Below, piece by piece: positions 1 through 9,017 of a DNA stretch of 64,000 nt (positions are counted from its first letter, which is position 1; each line of letters begins with the position of its first letter). Origin of the DNA: an uncultured Macromonas sp. (lineage in GTDB: Bacteria > Pseudomonadota > Gammaproteobacteria > Burkholderiales > Burkholderiaceae_C); assembly GCA_964420415.1 (NCBI GenBank), contig CAYQTH010000001.1:5565-69564 (forward strand), in the 5' to 3' direction. The translations under genes and the position numbers were made by a program. Under the pieces are notes generated by a model. That model saw nothing but the letters and a program-made list of their open reading frames with translations. It was not told the DNA's origin and searched no databases.

Positions 1-1
1 G

Positions 2-1291
2 GCGGGTTGGCTGGTCACGGCATTTCTGCTGGTGGGGGCGGGCTCGGCTGCGCTCACTGCGCGTTTCGGTGACATGTACGGCCGCAAGCGCGTGGCGGGG
101 ATCTTGCTGTTGCTGGCCGCCACGGGCTCGGTCATCAGTGCCTTGGCGCCGGATTTGGTCTTGATGACTGTCGGGCGGGCCATCCAGGGGTTCTCTACCG
201 CCTTGCTGCCCTTGTGTGTCGGGCTGGTGCGTGAACACTTGCCGGCTAAGCGCATCCCGTTGGCCATTGGTTTTCTGGCGGCCATGGCGGCCTCCAGCTC
301 GGGCCTGGGCATCATGCTCGGTGGCTGGGCGGTGGACGAAATCGGCTGGCGTTCGGTGTTCTGGTTCTCGGCCGGTCACGCCTTGTTCGCCGCCCTGTGT
401 CTGTGGTTGGTGCTGCCGCCGTCCAAGGGTGAGCCGGTGACTGACAAGCTGGACGTCTGGGGCGGGGTGTTGTTCGCGCCTTCGGTGGCAGGGCTGTTGT
501 ATGGCATCACCCGGCTCAAGGCGTCGGTGAGCGATCCCGTTACCCTGGGCATCATCGCGTTGTCGGTCTTGGTGCTGGTGGTGTGGGTGCGCCACGAGTG
601 GAACCACCCGAAACCGATGCTCGATGTGCGCTTGTTCACGCAGCGCCAAATTGGTATGACCATGCTGATGACTGTGTTCTATGGTCTGGGCACAGCGCAG
701 CAGATGCTCTTGATCCTCCAGCTTGCGCAGCAACCCGAGTGGACGGGGGTGGGGCTGGGCATGACGGCAACGGCGGCGGCCGCTATCAAGCTGCCGTCGA
801 TTCTGATGGGGTTGTTGGGCGCGACCTGGTGTGGTTGGCTGGCCGGACGGGCGGGAGGTCGAACGGCCGCGTTCTGGGTGACCTTGATCGTTTGTGCTGG
901 ATGGGTGCAGTTCTACCTGTGGCATGACTCGGTGTGGGCATTGGTGGCTGCGTCGGTGGTGATCTCGTTTGGCAGCTCGGCTTTGTACGCGGTGTGTGTC
1001 CAGTTGGTGACGGAAGCTGTACCGCAGCAGCGCACCAGTGAGATCAATGGCCAGTTGCAGGTGGTGCGTTCTGTGAGCTACGCCGCTGGCACGGTGTTCG
1101 CCACCATGTTGCTGGCCAGTGTCACGCTCACCGATGAATCGAAATCCAGCGGTTTGTTCTCGGCCCCTGAGGCCTACCAGGCCGCTATGCAGTACGTGGT
1201 TCTCTGCTGCATGCTGTGCGTGTTGTCTGTTTTGGGCCTGTCCAAGGGGGCCGGGCCGCGTGGTCGTGGCCGTCAAGCCATGTCGCATTGA
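2..1291 (+). CDS. MFS transporter (DHA2/EmrB-like), 5'-truncated by the window edge
   Basis: Frame 2 is open from nt 2, and the listed ORF 32..1291 is only the part after the first in-window Met. The translation is rich in TM segments. It aligns by eye with the complete 477-aa MFS at 59324..60757 (GW(L/I)xTAFLL ... DMYGR(K/R)R ... GRA(I/V)QG ... REHL). Confidence 0.85.
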   Translation, partial: AGWLVTAFLLVGAGSAALTARFGDMYGRKRVAGILLLLAATGSVISALAPDLVLMTVGRAIQGFSTALLPLCVGLVREHLPAKRIPLAIGFLAAMAASSSGLGIMLGGWAVDEIGWRSVFWFSAGHALFAALCLWLVLPPSKGEPVTDKLDVWGGVLFAPSVAGLLYGITRLKASVSDPVTLGIIALSVLVLVVWVRHEWNHPKPMLDVRLFTQRQIGMTMLMTVFYGLGTAQQMLLILQLAQQPEWTGVGLGMTATAAAAIKLPSILMGLLGATWCGWLAGRAGGRTAAFWVTLIVCAGWVQFYLWHDSVWALVAASVVISFGSSALYAVCVQLVTEAVPQQRTSEINGQLQVVRSVSYAAGTVFATMLLASVTLTDESKSSGLFSAPEAYQAAMQYVVLCCMLCVLSVLGLSKGAGPRGRGRQAMSH

Positions 1292-1323
1292 TTGAAAATT
1301 GTTGAACTTGAAAGGACTGTTGT

Positions 1324-2520
1324 ATGAGAAGAGCCATGATCGTTTCCCCGCTGCGCACCGGTGTCGGCGGCTTTGGCGGGAGCCTGAAGGGGGTGACCGC
1401 GGACCTGTTGGCCTCCACAGTGCTCAAAGCGCTGCTGGAACGCAGCCGCATTGACCCGGCCCGCATCGACGAGGTCATCTCCTCGCAGTCGTACTCCAGC
1501 AGCGAGGCACCGTGCATGGGCCGGTTCGCCGCCCTGGATGCCGGTTTGCCGCTGGAAGTGGCGGGCTACAACCTGGACCGCCGTTGCGGCTCGGGCCTGC
1601 AAGCCGTGGTCAACGCTGCCATGCAAGTGCAAACCGGCGCCAGCGATGTGGTCGCCGTGCTGGGTGTGGAAAGCATGAGCAACATCGAGTACTACAGCAC
1701 CGACATGCGCTGGGGCTCGCGTTCCGGTTCGGTGACCTTCCACGACCGCCTGCAGCGCGGCCGCGAGCGTTCGCAGCCGGAGCACCGTTTTGGCTATATC
1801 TCCGGTATGCCGGAAACGGCCGAGAACCTGGCCAAGGACTACGGCATCACCCGTGAAGAGTCGGACGCGTTCGCCATGCGCAGCCACCAGCGTGCCGCCG
1901 CTGCCTGGCGCGAAGGCAAATTTGCCGACGAACTGGTGAAGGTGGCTGTGCCGCAAAAGAAGGGCGACCCGGTCCTGTTTGCCACGGACGAAGGCATCCG
2001 CGCTGAAACCACCATGGAGTCTTTGGCCAAGCTCAAGCCGGTCATCAAGGGCGGCACGGTGACGGCCGGCAACGCCAGCCAGCAAAACGATGCCGCCGCC
2101 GCGTGCCTGGTGGTGGCCGAAGACAAGGTGGCTGAACTGGGGCTGGAACCGCTGGCGGTGTTCACCGGCTGGGCGGCAGCCGGGTGCGATCCGTCGCGCA
2201 TGGGCATTGGCCCGGTGCCTGCGGTGCAGAAGCTCATGGCTCGCACCGGCTTGTCGCTGGACCAAATGGACGTGGTCGAACTGAATGAGGCGTTTGCGGC
2301 GCAAGCGCTGGCCGTGCTCAAGGGCTGGGGCTGGAACGACCCGGACAAGCTCAACGTGAACGGGGGCGGCATTTCCCTGGGGCACCCCATTGGCGCCACC
2401 GGTGTGCGCATTCTGGCCACCATGCTGCACGAACTCAAGCGCCGCCAGGGCCGTTACGCCCTGGAGACCATGTGCATTGGCGGTGGACAAGGGCTGGCTG
2501 CGGTTTTCGAACGCGTCTGA
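1324..2520 (+). CDS. acetyl-CoA C-acyltransferase (thiolase)
   Basis: 398-aa ORF with thiolase signatures RRCGSGLQAV (nucleophilic Cys), NEAFAAQ, GHPIGATG and CIGGGQG. An AAAGGA RBS lies upstream of the ATG. Confidence 0.93.
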   Translation: MRRAMIVSPLRTGVGGFGGSLKGVTADLLASTVLKALLERSRIDPARIDEVISSQSYSSSEAPCMGRFAALDAGLPLEVAGYNLDRRCGSGLQAVVNAAMQVQTGASDVVAVLGVESMSNIEYYSTDMRWGSRSGSVTFHDRLQRGRERSQPEHRFGYISGMPETAENLAKDYGITREESDAFAMRSHQRAAAAWREGKFADELVKVAVPQKKGDPVLFATDEGIRAETTMESLAKLKPVIKGGTVTAGNASQQNDAAAACLVVAEDKVAELGLEPLAVFTGWAAAGCDPSRMGIGPVPAVQKLMARTGLSLDQMDVVELNEAFAAQALAVLKGWGWNDPDKLNVNGGGISLGHPIGATGVRILATMLHELKRRQGRYALETMCIGGGQGLAAVFERV

Positions 2521-2533
2521 CCCCCGATCAAAA

Positions 2534-2561
2534 GGCAGCCGAGCCACGGCTGCCTTTTTTT
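2534..2561 (+). terminator. rho-independent terminator after the thiolase gene
   Basis: Perfect 8-bp stem GGCAGCCG/CGGCTGCC (2534..2541 and 2547..2554) followed by a run of 7 T. Confidence 0.8.
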
Positions 2562-2576
2562 GGGCATTTACATAAA

Positions 2577-2589
2577 ATTTTACTAATCA
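2577..2589. promoter_or_regulatory. 13-mer ATTTTACTAATCA in the MarR/CAR promoter region, repeated at 10953..10965
   Basis: The exact 13-nt string occurs in two AT-rich promoter regions of this window. Here it contains TTA-N7-TAA (T-N11-A-like dyad). Confidence 0.35.
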
Positions 2590-2617
2590 TAATTTTTCCT
2601 ATAAACTTCGGAAACCA

Positions 2618-3118
2618 GTGGCCCATAAATTGAACATGCCCATGGCCGAAACACAACCGACACACGCTCCAGATCCGATCTACACGGTGTCCACCTACCA
2701 GACCGAGTCATCGCTGGGTTTTTTGATGGGTCTTTGCATGAATCGCATGACTGATGCGATTGATTTGACCCTGCAGGACAAAGGCATCAATGCCCGTCAT
2801 TTCGGTGTGTTACATGCTGTTTTGAATGGCCGGGCCAAAAGCCCGACCGACTTGGCCCGTTTGCGCATGCAATACAGCGCGGCCATTACCTACATGCTCG
2901 ACGTGCTGGAAAAAAAACAGTTGCTGGTACGCAAACGCAACCCGACCGACCGGCGCAGTGTGGAGTTGGAGCTGACGCCGCATGGCGAAGCTTTGACGCG
3001 CGAGTGCATACCGCTGGTGGTTGAGGCACAGAACCGGGTGTTGGAGGGTCTGAATCCAGGCGATTACCAGGCACTCAGTGCGCTGTTGCAGCGTATCGCT
3101 GACGGCGCTCCCAGTTGA
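2618..3118 (+). CDS. MarR-family transcriptional regulator
   Basis: Winged-helix core ...PTDLARLRMQYSAAITYMLDVLEKKQLLVRKRNPTDRRSVELELTPHG. The start is uncertain: GTG 2618, or ATG 2636 or 2642, with no clear SD for any of them. Confidence 0.85.
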   Translation: MAHKLNMPMAETQPTHAPDPIYTVSTYQTESSLGFLMGLCMNRMTDAIDLTLQDKGINARHFGVLHAVLNGRAKSPTDLARLRMQYSAAITYMLDVLEKKQLLVRKRNPTDRRSVELELTPHGEALTRECIPLVVEAQNRVLEGLNPGDYQALSALLQRIADGAPS

Positions 3119-3172
3119 AATATCGCATACCGCGATCGACAAGCACATCACTTTCATTGCAGAAGGAAAACC

Positions 3173-6100
3173 ATGAACGCACAAACCGGAGACAAACAAG
3201 TTGGCATGGCTGTGGGCGACCCGTCCCAATTCATTGCCACGCGCATGAAGGAACTTGTGGCCAGCGACGAGCAGTTCCGTGCCGCCTTGCCCTTGGCCAC
3301 CGTCAATGAAGCGAAGCTCAAGCCCGAGCTGGGCCTGGCCCAAATCATGGCGACTTGCCTTGAAGCCTACGCGGACCGACCTGCGCTGGGGCAACGCGCT
3401 ACCGAGTTGGTGACCGACCCGGCCACCGGCCGCAAGACGCGCCAGTTGCTCAAGCGGTTTGAGACCGTCAGTTACAGCGAGCTGTGGGGCCGCATCCGTG
3501 CCCTGGCCAGCTTCTGGAACCAAGATACTGAACGTGCGCTCAAAGCCAATGATTTGATGTGCATCATTGCCTTTGCGGGTGTAGATTTCGCCACCGTGGA
3601 CATGGCGGCCCTGCACAACGGGGCCGTCGTGGTTCCGATGCAGACCAACGGTCAGATGGTGCAGTTGCAAGGCATCATCAAAGAGGTCGAGCCGCGCTGG
3701 CTGGCCACCAGCCTGGAATGTCTGGAGACCTCGGTCGAACTGGTGTTGAACGGTCATCGTCCGGCAGGCGTGCTGGTGTTCGATTACCACCCGGAAGTGG
3801 ACGACGAGCGGGAGATTTTCGAGAGCGCCCAGGCCAAGCTGGCGGCCGCGGGCGTGACCGGTTTGCTCGTGACGCTGCAGGACGCCATTGCCCAGGGGCA
3901 AAAGCTGCCTCCGGCGCCTCTGTTTGCTGAGGCAAACACCGGCGACCGCATGACCTGCATTTATTACACGTCCGGTAGCACGGGGCTGCCCAAGGGCGCC
4001 ATGTACCCGGAGCACATGGTCAAACCCACCTGGCGTGTGGTGACGCCACTGCCCTTCTTCTACATGCACTACATGCCCATGAACCACTCGTTCGGGCGCA
4101 GCGGCGTGTATTCGACCCTCGGTTCCGGCGGCACCTGCTATTTCACCGCGAAGAGCGACCTGTCGGAGCTGTTCGAGGACGTCAAGATGGTGCGTCCTAC
4201 CTTCATGGGCGTGGTGCCACGCATTTGCGAGATGGTCTACCAGCAGTACCAGATCGAGTTCGAGCGCCGCAGTGCGGGTGTGACGGACGTGGAGGTTTTG
4301 AAGCAGGAGCTGATTCTCGAGACCCGTCACCAAGTTCTGGGCGGGCGCATGCTGGCGGGCAGTTTTGGTTCGGCGCCGTTGGCACCCGAATTGCGGCAGT
4401 TCATGGAAGACTGCCTCGGCTTCCGCATGGACGACAACTACGGCTGCACCGAGTTGTCCGGTGTTACCCGTAACAACCGCATTGCCCGCCCGCCGGTGAT
4501 CGACTACAAACTCGACGACGTGCCCGAGCTGGGCTACTTCAAGACCGACAAGCCTTACCCGCGCGGTGAACTGTGGGTGAAGAGCACCAGCATCATGCTC
4601 GGGTACTACAAACGGCCCGATGTGACGGCAGCGGTGATGACCGAAGACGGCTACTACAAGACCGGCGACATCATGGCCGAGATCGGCCCTGACCAACTGG
4701 TGTACCTGGACCGCCGCAACAACGTGCTCAAGCTGGCCCAGGGTGAATTCGTCGCCATTGCCCAGCTGGAAACCCTGTTCACCAACGGGCACCCGGCCGT
4801 GAAGCAGGTCTACCTTTACGGCACCAGCGAGCGCGCTTTCCTGCTGGGGGTGATCGTGCCCAACGAAGCTGCCCTGCAGGACATGGGCATTGCGCTGGAC
4901 GATACCGCCGCCATCAAGGCGGTGCTGCGCGAAGCGGTCAAAGATGTGGCGCGTGCCGAAGAGCTGCACGCCTACGAGGTGCCCCGCGACTTCATCGTCG
5001 AACGCGAACCCTTCAGCACCGAGAACGGTCTGCTGGCGGGTATTGGCAAATACCAGCGTCCCAAGTTCAAGGAGCGCTACAGCGCCCGTCTGGAGCAGAT
5101 GTACGATGACATCGCTTCTGCACAAGCCAACGAACTGCAAGCCCTGCGCCGTGACGGCCGCAGCGCGCCCGTGCTGGAAACCGTGGGCCGCGCCGTGAAG
5201 GCCACCCTGGGTCTGGAAACCATCGACCTGTCGAAGCAAATCAGCTTTGCCGAGGTGGGCGGGGACTCTTTGTCGGCGCTGTCTTGCTCGCTGCTGCTGG
5301 AGGAAATCTACGAAGTCGAAGTGCCGGCAGGGGTCATCAACAACCCGGCGGGCAGCCTGCAGCAGGTGGCCCGCTTCATTGAACGGGCGCGCGACACCAG
5401 CTTCCAGCACGCCACATTTGCCTCGGTGCATGGCAAGGGCGCCACGGACATCCATGCCAGCGATCTGACCCTGGAGAAGTTCATCGACGCCAAGACGCTG
5501 GACGCGGGCCGCAAGGCCGCACCGCCGAGCGCGGAGATCCGCACGGTGCTGGTCACCGGCGCGAACGGTTACCTGGGGCGCTTCCTGTGCCTGGAATGGC
5601 TGGAGCGCATGGCCAAAGTGGGTGGCCGCGTGGTGTGTATTGCCCGTGGTCAGGACGCTGGTGCGGCGCGCCAGCGCGTTGCCGAAGTCTTTGACAGTGG
5701 CGACGCGGAGCTCAAACGTCACTTTGACGCGCTGGCGGCCAAGCACCTGGAAGTTTTCGCCGGTGACTTGTCCGAACCGGACCTGGGCCTGGCCTACGCC
5801 GACTGGCAGCGCCTGTCTGAAACCGTGGACCTGATCGTTCACCCGGCCGCGTTCGTGAACCACGTGTTGCCCTACGCGCAATTGTTCGGTCCTAACGTGG
5901 TGGGCACGGCCGAATTGATCCGTTTGGCCATCACCCACCACCTCAAACCGTTCAACAACGTGTCGACCGTGGCCGCGGCCATGATTCCTGGCGGCGGCGT
6001 GATCGACGAAGACGCCGATGTGCGCGCAGCCACGCCGGTGCGTCATCTGGACGGTGAGCAATACGCCAATGGCTACGCCAACAGCAAGTGGGCCGGTGAA

Positions 6101-6721
6101 GTGCTGTTGCGTGAAGCGCACGACCGCTTCGGGCTGCCGGTGGCCACTTTCCGCTCCGACATGATCCTGGCCCACAGCAAATACCAAGGCCAGATCAACG
6201 TGCCCGACATGTTCACCCGCTGGCTCCTCAGCGTGGTGCTCACCGGCCTGGCGCCCAAGTCGTTCTACTCGGGCGATGTGGCGAAGGCCCATTACGATGG
6301 GTTGCCGGTGGATTTCACGGCCGCCGCCATTGCGACCCTGGGCAGCCATGCGCTCAACGGCTACCGCAGCTACCACGTGGTGAACCCGCACGACGATGCC
6401 ATTTCGATGGACACTTTCATCGACTGGGCCATTGAGGCGGGTCATAACATTAAGCGTATCGACGATTACGCTGACTGGGTGGGCCGCTTTGAAACGGCTT
6501 TGCGCGCATTGCCTGAAAAGCAGCGCCAGGGTTCGTCGCTGCCGTTGATCCACCAACTGCAGCAGCCCATGCCCGCATCAGCGGGGGCCCATGCATCGTC
6601 TGTGCGCTTCCACGCGGACGTGCGCAAATACGAGGTGGGCGCAGACAAGGACATCCCTCACCTGTCGGCACCGTTCATCCGCAAATACCTGGCGGACCTG
6701 AAGCACCTGAAACTGGTGTAA
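3173..6721 (+). CDS. car: carboxylic acid reductase (adenylation - PCP - thioester-reductase, CAR/FadD9 type)
   Basis: The 1182-aa ORF carries the AMP-binding core YYTSGSTGLPKGAMY. It has the carrier-domain phosphopantetheine site FAEVGGDSLSA (Ser codon at about nt 5267). The C-terminal Rossmann motif is VLVTGANGYLGRFL with YANSKWAGE (YxxxK). The N-terminal ~110 aa resembles Nocardia/Mycobacterium CARs from memory. AAGGAA RBS. Confidence 0.88.
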   Translation: MNAQTGDKQVGMAVGDPSQFIATRMKELVASDEQFRAALPLATVNEAKLKPELGLAQIMATCLEAYADRPALGQRATELVTDPATGRKTRQLLKRFETVSYSELWGRIRALASFWNQDTERALKANDLMCIIAFAGVDFATVDMAALHNGAVVVPMQTNGQMVQLQGIIKEVEPRWLATSLECLETSVELVLNGHRPAGVLVFDYHPEVDDEREIFESAQAKLAAAGVTGLLVTLQDAIAQGQKLPPAPLFAEANTGDRMTCIYYTSGSTGLPKGAMYPEHMVKPTWRVVTPLPFFYMHYMPMNHSFGRSGVYSTLGSGGTCYFTAKSDLSELFEDVKMVRPTFMGVVPRICEMVYQQYQIEFERRSAGVTDVEVLKQELILETRHQVLGGRMLAGSFGSAPLAPELRQFMEDCLGFRMDDNYGCTELSGVTRNNRIARPPVIDYKLDDVPELGYFKTDKPYPRGELWVKSTSIMLGYYKRPDVTAAVMTEDGYYKTGDIMAEIGPDQLVYLDRRNNVLKLAQGEFVAIAQLETLFTNGHPAVKQVYLYGTSERAFLLGVIVPNEAALQDMGIALDDTAAIKAVLREAVKDVARAEELHAYEVPRDFIVEREPFSTENGLLAGIGKYQRPKFKERYSARLEQMYDDIASAQANELQALRRDGRSAPVLETVGRAVKATLGLETIDLSKQISFAEVGGDSLSALSCSLLLEEIYEVEVPAGVINNPAGSLQQVARFIERARDTSFQHATFASVHGKGATDIHASDLTLEKFIDAKTLDAGRKAAPPSAEIRTVLVTGANGYLGRFLCLEWLERMAKVGGRVVCIARGQDAGAARQRVAEVFDSGDAELKRHFDALAAKHLEVFAGDLSEPDLGLAYADWQRLSETVDLIVHPAAFVNHVLPYAQLFGPNVVGTAELIRLAITHHLKPFNNVSTVAAAMIPGGGVIDEDADVRAATPVRHLDGEQYANGYANSKWAGEVLLREAHDRFGLPVATFRSDMILAHSKYQGQINVPDMFTRWLLSVVLTGLAPKSFYSGDVAKAHYDGLPVDFTAAAIATLGSHALNGYRSYHVVNPHDDAISMDTFIDWAIEAGHNIKRIDDYADWVGRFETALRALPEKQRQGSSLPLIHQLQQPMPASAGAHASSVRFHADVRKYEVGADKDIPHLSAPFIRKYLADLKHLKLV

Positions 6722-6756
6722 AACCCGGCATCCAACCCAACCGTCAAGGAATCCCC

Positions 6757-7815
6757 ATGTCTGTGACCATCCGCAGCTACGCCGCCAGTGCCCCGGACGC
6801 CAGCCTGGCACCCATGCCCATCCAGCGCCGCGCCCCCCGGCCTGACGATGTGGTGATTGACATCCTCTACTGCGGTGTCTGCCATTCGGACCTGCACCAG
6901 GCCCACAACGACTGGGGCAACACCCGTTACCCGGTGGTGCCGGGGCACGAGATTGTGGGCCGCGTGGTGGAAGTCGGCAGCGCCGTCAGCCAGCACAAGG
7001 TCGGCGACGTGGTGGGTGTCGGCTGCATGGTCGATTCCTGTGGTGAGTGTGCTCCCTGCTGTTCCCACGAGGAGCAGTACTGCCACCACCATGCCACCAT
7101 GACCTACAACGGTGTGGACCGCCGCGATGGCCAGCCCACCTACGGCGGTTACTCCGAACGCATTGTGGTGACGGAGAAGTTCGTGCTGCGCATGCCCGCC
7201 GGGCTGGACATCAAGGCCGCGCCGCCGTTGCTGTGTGCCGGCATCACCACCTATTCGCCACTGCGGCATTGGAAGGTGGGGCCGGGTATGAAGGTGGCGG
7301 TGGTGGGGCTGGGCGGCCTGGGGCACATGGGGCTCAAGTTCGCCAAGGCCATGGGCGCGGAAGTCACCCTGGTGACGCGCAGCCCCGGCAAAGAGCAGGA
7401 AGCCAAGCGCCTGGGCGCCGATCACGTGCTGATTTCCGGCGATGCCGCGCAAATGATGGCTGCCGCTGGCCGCTTTGACTTCATCCTCGACACGGTGCCC
7501 AGCGAGCACGACCTCAACCCCTACCTGATGACCCTGGGTCTGAACGGCACCCTGGTGCTGGTGGGCCTGATCGGCCCCATCACGCCGCCGGTCCACAGCG
7601 GCATGCTGGTCATGGGGCGCAAGGCCGTGGCGGGTTCGGCCATTGGCGGCATTGCGGAAACCCAGGAAATGCTGGACTTCTGTGCCGCCCACAACATCAA
7701 CTGTGATGTTGAGATGATCAACATGCAAGACATCAACGCTGCCTACGAGCGACTGGAAAAGAGCGACGTACGCTACCGCTTCGTGATTGACATGGCATCG
7801 CTCAAGGTTTCGTGA
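6757..7815 (+). CDS. Zn-dependent NAD(P)-alcohol dehydrogenase (cinnamyl-ADH/YahK-like MDR)
   Basis: Motifs are CGVCHSDLH (catalytic Zn), CGECAPCCSHEEQYC (structural Zn) and VVGLGGLGHMG (dinucleotide fold). It starts 35 nt after the CAR stop with an AAGGA RBS. Confidence 0.9.
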   Translation: MSVTIRSYAASAPDASLAPMPIQRRAPRPDDVVIDILYCGVCHSDLHQAHNDWGNTRYPVVPGHEIVGRVVEVGSAVSQHKVGDVVGVGCMVDSCGECAPCCSHEEQYCHHHATMTYNGVDRRDGQPTYGGYSERIVVTEKFVLRMPAGLDIKAAPPLLCAGITTYSPLRHWKVGPGMKVAVVGLGGLGHMGLKFAKAMGAEVTLVTRSPGKEQEAKRLGADHVLISGDAAQMMAAAGRFDFILDTVPSEHDLNPYLMTLGLNGTLVLVGLIGPITPPVHSGMLVMGRKAVAGSAIGGIAETQEMLDFCAAHNINCDVEMINMQDINAAYERLEKSDVRYRFVIDMASLKVS

Positions 7816-7941
7816 ACCCATGAACCGCTTCAAGTGGGGTGCAGCAGCCCTGCTGTGAGCCATTTGTCGCTGTGTGCTTTAGGTCGAGTTGGGCAACGGT
7901 TTTAGAACGGTTGCCTTATCCGGGAGTCAACGGGGTTCATT

Positions 7942-7957
7942 CTTTGCCTAGGCAAAG
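7942..7957. promoter_or_regulatory. 16-bp perfect palindrome CTTTGCCTAGGCAAAG upstream of the NMO/SDR pair
   Basis: The sequence is its own reverse complement. It lies ~70 nt upstream of the ATG at 8026 and just upstream of a TATATT -10-like hexamer. It is a candidate operator. Confidence 0.4.
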
Positions 7958-8025
7958 GATTCAGCCCACATTGGTATATTCGGAAGTTTTGCTCGACTTG
8001 TAAATTTCACAGAAAGAATCCGACC

Positions 8026-9000
8026 ATGAAAACTGCTATCACCGAAATGCTCGGGATCAAGTACCCGATCGTGCAGGGTGGCATGATGTGGGTGGGCCGT
8101 GCCGAACTGGCTTCCGCCGTCTCGAACGCTGGCGGACTCGGCACTTTGACTGCCCTGACCCAGCCTTCGCCCGACGCTTTACGCGCGGAGATTGCACGCT
8201 GCCGCACCATGACGGACAAGCCGTTCGCAGTCAACCTGACCGTGCTGCCTTCCGCCAATCCGCCACCATACGCCGAATACGTGCGCGCCATCATCGAAAG
8301 CGGTGTGAAAGTGGTGGAAACGGCGGGGAACTGCCCGGCCGAATTCGTCCAGCAGTTCAAGGCGGCGGGTATCCGCATCATCCACAAGTGCACGACCGTG
8401 CGCCATGCCGTGAGCGCCGAGCGCCGTGGGGTGGACGTCATCAGCATTGACGGTTTCGAGTGTGCGGGTCACCCTGGCGAAGAAGACGTGGGCGGCCTGG
8501 TGCTGATCCCGGCAGCGGTGCAGGCGTTGAAGATCCCGGTGATTTCCTCCGGTGGTATTGCCGACGGCCGCGGCATGGCGGCGGCCCTGACGCTGGGCGC
8601 GGAGGGGGTCAACATGGGTACGCGTTTCATGCTGACCCAAGAGGCACCGATCCACAGCAACATCAAGGAAGCCGTCGTCAAAGGCAGCGAAACCGACACG
8701 CTGCTGATTTTCCGTACCCTGAACAACACCGGCCGCGTGTTCAAGAACGCGGTGTCGCAAGAGGTGGTCAACATCGAACGCCGCCCAGGCGGCTGCCAGT
8801 TCGAGGACGTGCGCCCCCTGGTGGCCGGTGCCCGTGGCCGCGCGGCACTGGAGTCGGGTGACGTGCAGGGCGGGCTGGTTTGGGCGAGCCAGGCCATCGG
8901 TTTGATGCACGACATCCCGACCTGCGCTGCATTGCTGGAACGCATGGTGGCCGAATGCAAGGCTCAATTGACGCAGGCGCTGCGCTGGGCCACTGAATAA
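8026..9000 (+). CDS. nitronate monooxygenase / 2-nitropropane dioxygenase-like FMN oxidoreductase (NMO family)
   Basis: GIKYPIVQGGMMWVG N-terminus and VISSGGIADGRG FMN-binding motif. It is a paralog of 42565..43536. Confidence 0.85.
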   Translation: MKTAITEMLGIKYPIVQGGMMWVGRAELASAVSNAGGLGTLTALTQPSPDALRAEIARCRTMTDKPFAVNLTVLPSANPPPYAEYVRAIIESGVKVVETAGNCPAEFVQQFKAAGIRIIHKCTTVRHAVSAERRGVDVISIDGFECAGHPGEEDVGGLVLIPAAVQALKIPVISSGGIADGRGMAAALTLGAEGVNMGTRFMLTQEAPIHSNIKEAVVKGSETDTLLIFRTLNNTGRVFKNAVSQEVVNIERRPGGCQFEDVRPLVAGARGRAALESGDVQGGLVWASQAIGLMHDIPTCAALLERMVAECKAQLTQALRWATE

Positions 9001-9017
9001 CTTAACTGGAGAACTGC

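Noticed and set aside
2810-6556. 1248-aa ORF on the minus strand, the second-longest in the track
   Set aside because: It lies entirely antisense to the CAR gene, which has unmistakable A/PCP/R motifs. The translation is Arg/Gly/Ala/His-rich low-complexity, as is typical of shadow ORFs in GC-rich DNA. It has no RBS or recognisable domain.
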